Part shown: positions 60,680 to 64,000 of the stretch, piece after piece
Numbering within the stretch: position 1 is the stretch's first letter
How the letters are laid out: each line of letters starts with the position of its first letter
NCBI RefSeq assembly: GCF_006345805.1
Contig: NC_043012.1
Location: 3,968,001-4,032,000, forward strand
From: Octopus sinensis
Lineage: Eukaryota
Reading direction: 5' to 3'
DNA: 64,000 bases
Program-made: the position numbers and the translations under genes
The notes under the pieces: model-generated
What the model saw: the letters and a program-made list of their open reading frames with translations, nothing else
What the model was told of the DNA's origin: nothing
Databases searched by the model: none

Positions 60680-61783
60680 AAATAAATTATTTGATTTATT
60701 ATTTTCAAGACGATGGAGCATAAGAAATGAGAGAGTACCAGATTAAACACCTGGCAGTATTTAATTTCATCCCTCTATGTTCTGAGTTCAAATCACACTG
60801 AAATCAATATTGACTGACCAATAAAATAAATATTAGGTACGTACCAACTAGAGAACCTCCTGGGGTTGCTCTGTCCAATTGAAGTAGCACCCAAATCTCC
60901 TTAAAAAAAGGATTCATTGGGCATTGGTGCTGGTATAGCTTTGTGGTTAAGCAGTTCACTTCACAACCATGTGGTTTCAGGTTCAGTCCCACTAAACAGC
61001 ACCTCAAGCAAGTGTCTGCTACTATAGCCCCAGGCTGACATATGCCCTGTGAGTGAATTTGGTTGACAGAAACTTTGTAGAAGCCCATCATACACTTACA
61101 TACATATACATATTTGTGCATGTGCGTATCTGTGTTTGTCCCTTCACTTTTGGACAACTGACATTGATTTGTTTATACCCACATAACTTTGCAGTTCGTC
61201 TTAAGAGGCTGATATACTATGCACCCAATTTTAAAAAATAAGTCTTAAGGTCAGTTTGATTGGCTAAATCCTTCAATGTGGTGTCGCAGCATGGCCACAG
61301 TCCAATGACTGAAACAAGTAAAAGAATAATGTAATCCCATTTATACAACACAATTGGATAATGACAGCTGAGACTCCTTTGACTAAAGTTCTGTTCAGTC
61401 AGCACTAATGAAGGGGTGAATGACATTATTATTATTATTGAGTGAGAGAGCAGTGTATGCCATCAAAGTGACACTGGGGTAAAATATACGAAGCCCAGTA
61501 TACCCATCATGACTACCCGTCTGATAAAGGTACACTAGGTATACTTCATTTGAATAAAAAAAGATAAAAATAAACTGGGTGTTTGTGGTAGCAAATGTTT
61601 TAGTAAATATAGCTCTGCTGAATTAGGCCTGACCTGAAGTTAAACCACAACTATTAACTAACAGAAAAAAAAACCTTCTGCAGTGATAGCTTGAAAGAAA
61701 GTACCTGCTAAATGCTAATGGCTTTACTGCATGACTCAAATACTCTCTATCAGACAAATATCAACATGATGAAATAACACTAC

Positions 61784-62097
61784 AGTTCTATATTTAAGAG
61801 ATGAGGAATTATGTACATTATTTACATTTGACGGATATTTGTCCTCATCTTGTTTGTTGTTAACACGTTTCGGCTGATATACCCTCCAGCCTTCTTCAGG
61901 TGTCTTGGGGAAATTTGGAACCTTGGTTCTCACTCCTAAGGTATTTTTTGATGTTGTTATTATATTCAGGTCACTGTCTGAAATTGAACTCGGAATCTTG
62001 GGGTTAGTAGCCTGCACTCTTAACCACTGCGCCATATGCCCAACGTTGTATTAGCAACAAACAAGATGAGGACAAATATCCGTCAAATGTAAAAAAT
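61784..62097 (-). mobile_element. Second copy of the tRNA-head/hammerhead element, with an inverted tail fragment joined to its head
   Basis: Closely similar to 31291-31510. Minus strand reads GACAC-CTGAAGA-A-GGCTG...CAGCC-GAAACGTGTT (61862-61904). 62041-62097 is an inverted copy of the tail. Confidence 0.8.
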
Positions 62098-62304
62098 GAT
62101 GAAATGACTGTGATTTAAATTAAATGCTACCAAATAATTCAGTTGAAAATAAAGTTTATTATTTTTATTACCTTTTACTAATGTTTCACATTTCATCCTT
62201 CTTTCCTTACAAGTGTCAATCTATAAAGAAAATAATTCTATAAGGAAACCTCTGCATATGTGTTGGAGGAACAATTTCTTTTTTACCAGGGGCCAAATTG
62301 TAAG

Positions 62305-63283
62305 TGTGCCAGGGGAGGCTGGAAACGGCCACGATCGGTTGGTGCTTTTTATGTGCCACCAGCACGGAAGCCAGTCAAGGCAGCGCTGGCATCAGCCATG
62401 TTCAGATGGTACTTTTTACATGTCACTGGCTTGGGTATCACAACTACAATTTCCATTTGATTTTTATTTTGATGTTGATGTACTTGACTCAATAGGTCTC
62501 CTCAAGCACAGTAGGTTGCCCTATGAGCCAAGGTAAGCACAGCAGGCAATCCTGCGATCAAAGGTACTTTGGATGAGCTGGGGCTGGTTGTGTGAAGCTG
62601 GTGCAGGAAACAGCCATGAACTCACATTATTTGTCAGGTCTTTGCAGTCACAGCATATCTTCAGAGGTCTCGGTCTTTTGTCATTGTTTCTGTGAGGCCC
62701 AACATCCGAAGGTCATGCTAGACCACCTCATCCCATGTCTTCCTGGGTCTATCTCTACCTCGGATTCCTTCAACTGTTTGGGAGTAGCACTTCACGGCAA
62801 AATTTCATTCACATCACATCGTATCATCTTGAAAAGTGAAAGACATTGTATAATGTAGTTCTAGATACACTATGTCTGGTCATAAGATACTTTTACAGTG
62901 GAAGATTATTAGTGATTCTTATGCAGATTTCTGACTTACAAAATAATAATGATAATAAAACAAAACAACATTGTATGAAAGTGCATCATCATAATCATTA
63001 GCATCCTTTTTCCATTCCTGTGCAGGTGGCACATAAAAAAACACCATGAGCGTGGCCGTTGCCAGTACTGCCTGACTGGCCCTTATGCTGGTGGCACGTA
63101 AAAGCACCCACTACACTCTTGGAGTGGTTGGCGTTAGGAAGGGCATCCAGCTGTAGAAACTCTGCCAGATCAGATTGGAGTCTGGTGCAGCCATCTGGTT
63201 CACCAAACCTCAGTCAAATCATCCTACCCATGCTAGCAGGGAAAGTGGACATTAAACGATGATGATGATGATGATGATGATGA
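62305..63283. mobile_element. Two RTE 3'-end pieces in opposite orientation (about 62305-62790 minus; 63017-63283 plus)
   Basis: Similar to 24800-25170 and 54180-54436 respectively. Confidence 0.75.
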
Positions 63284-64000
63284 CCTCAGTGTCAATGAAA
63301 AAATAACCTCATCTGCCCTTTCTCATACACATTACATGACCAAAACATTACAGCTGTCTCTCTTGCATACTCCAGCTGATTCCCTTTTTGCCTAATTTTT
63401 CTCTCAATACCTTACCACTCTGTCATACATGGCACATCCAGTAGAGCATACTAGCTTTGTTCCTCTAGTTTTTGCATGTCCTTTCCTCAAAGAGTCCACA
63501 TTTCATTACCATGTAGCATTACTGTCCATACACAAGCATCATACAACCTGCCTTTCAGAGAGAAGGCAGTGCTTATGACCTTTTTCTGGGCCTCTGAGAC
63601 TGATATGTTGGAAGAAGGTGGTGGAATAAGTCTACCACTGTGGGATCTGAATACAGAATTTAAAGTTCCAGAACAAATACTGCAAAGTATCTTGCCTGAT
63701 GCATGAACATTTCTGCCAATCCACCACCCTGAGCTGCTATTTAATTTTCTTTACCCCTGGAAAACGAAAGGCAAAGTTGACGTCAGTAAGGTTTGAAATC
63801 AGAATGCAAAGAGCTGGAAGAAATATCACAAGGTATGACTCTGCCAAGAAATAGCAGGTAAATCTCCATCAAATCACACTCTTCTGTTTCAAAGGAGGGT
63901 CACATACACCAGATAATGTCTGAGATACATGCAAGCAAAGCCATCATTTGCAAGCTTGTATGACTTGGTAGCTTGTGCATTATGTTTTTGCTAATTGATT

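Overview
AT-rich, repeat-dense eukaryotic DNA; the repeat families look like those of an octopus (inferred from recognition of the repeats, not from a search). It holds two divergent protein-coding genes. A 10-coding-exon FKBP8/FKBP38 orthologue lies on the minus strand (CDS 39358 to 10491, 563 aa reconstructed by hand with phase-consistent GT-AG introns). SNRNP35 (U11/U12 35K) lies on the plus strand with a single coding exon (59903-60679). A CpG-retaining interval at about 46-47.4 kb between them is a candidate shared promoter. The rest is tRNA-derived SINEs, RTE and CR1-like LINE pieces, Tc1/mariner, pogo, hAT and piggyBac-type elements, and microsatellites. The most unusual signal is a set of unrelated fold-back elements carrying minimal Penelope-type hammerhead-ribozyme cores (CUGANGA...GAAA plus a short palindrome). 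One family joins a tRNA-like Pol III head to such a hammerhead tail and occurs three times here (about 31.3-31.75 kb, 49.5-49.85 kb and 61.8-62.1 kb). All coordinates were read by eye, and repeat boundaries are approximate.
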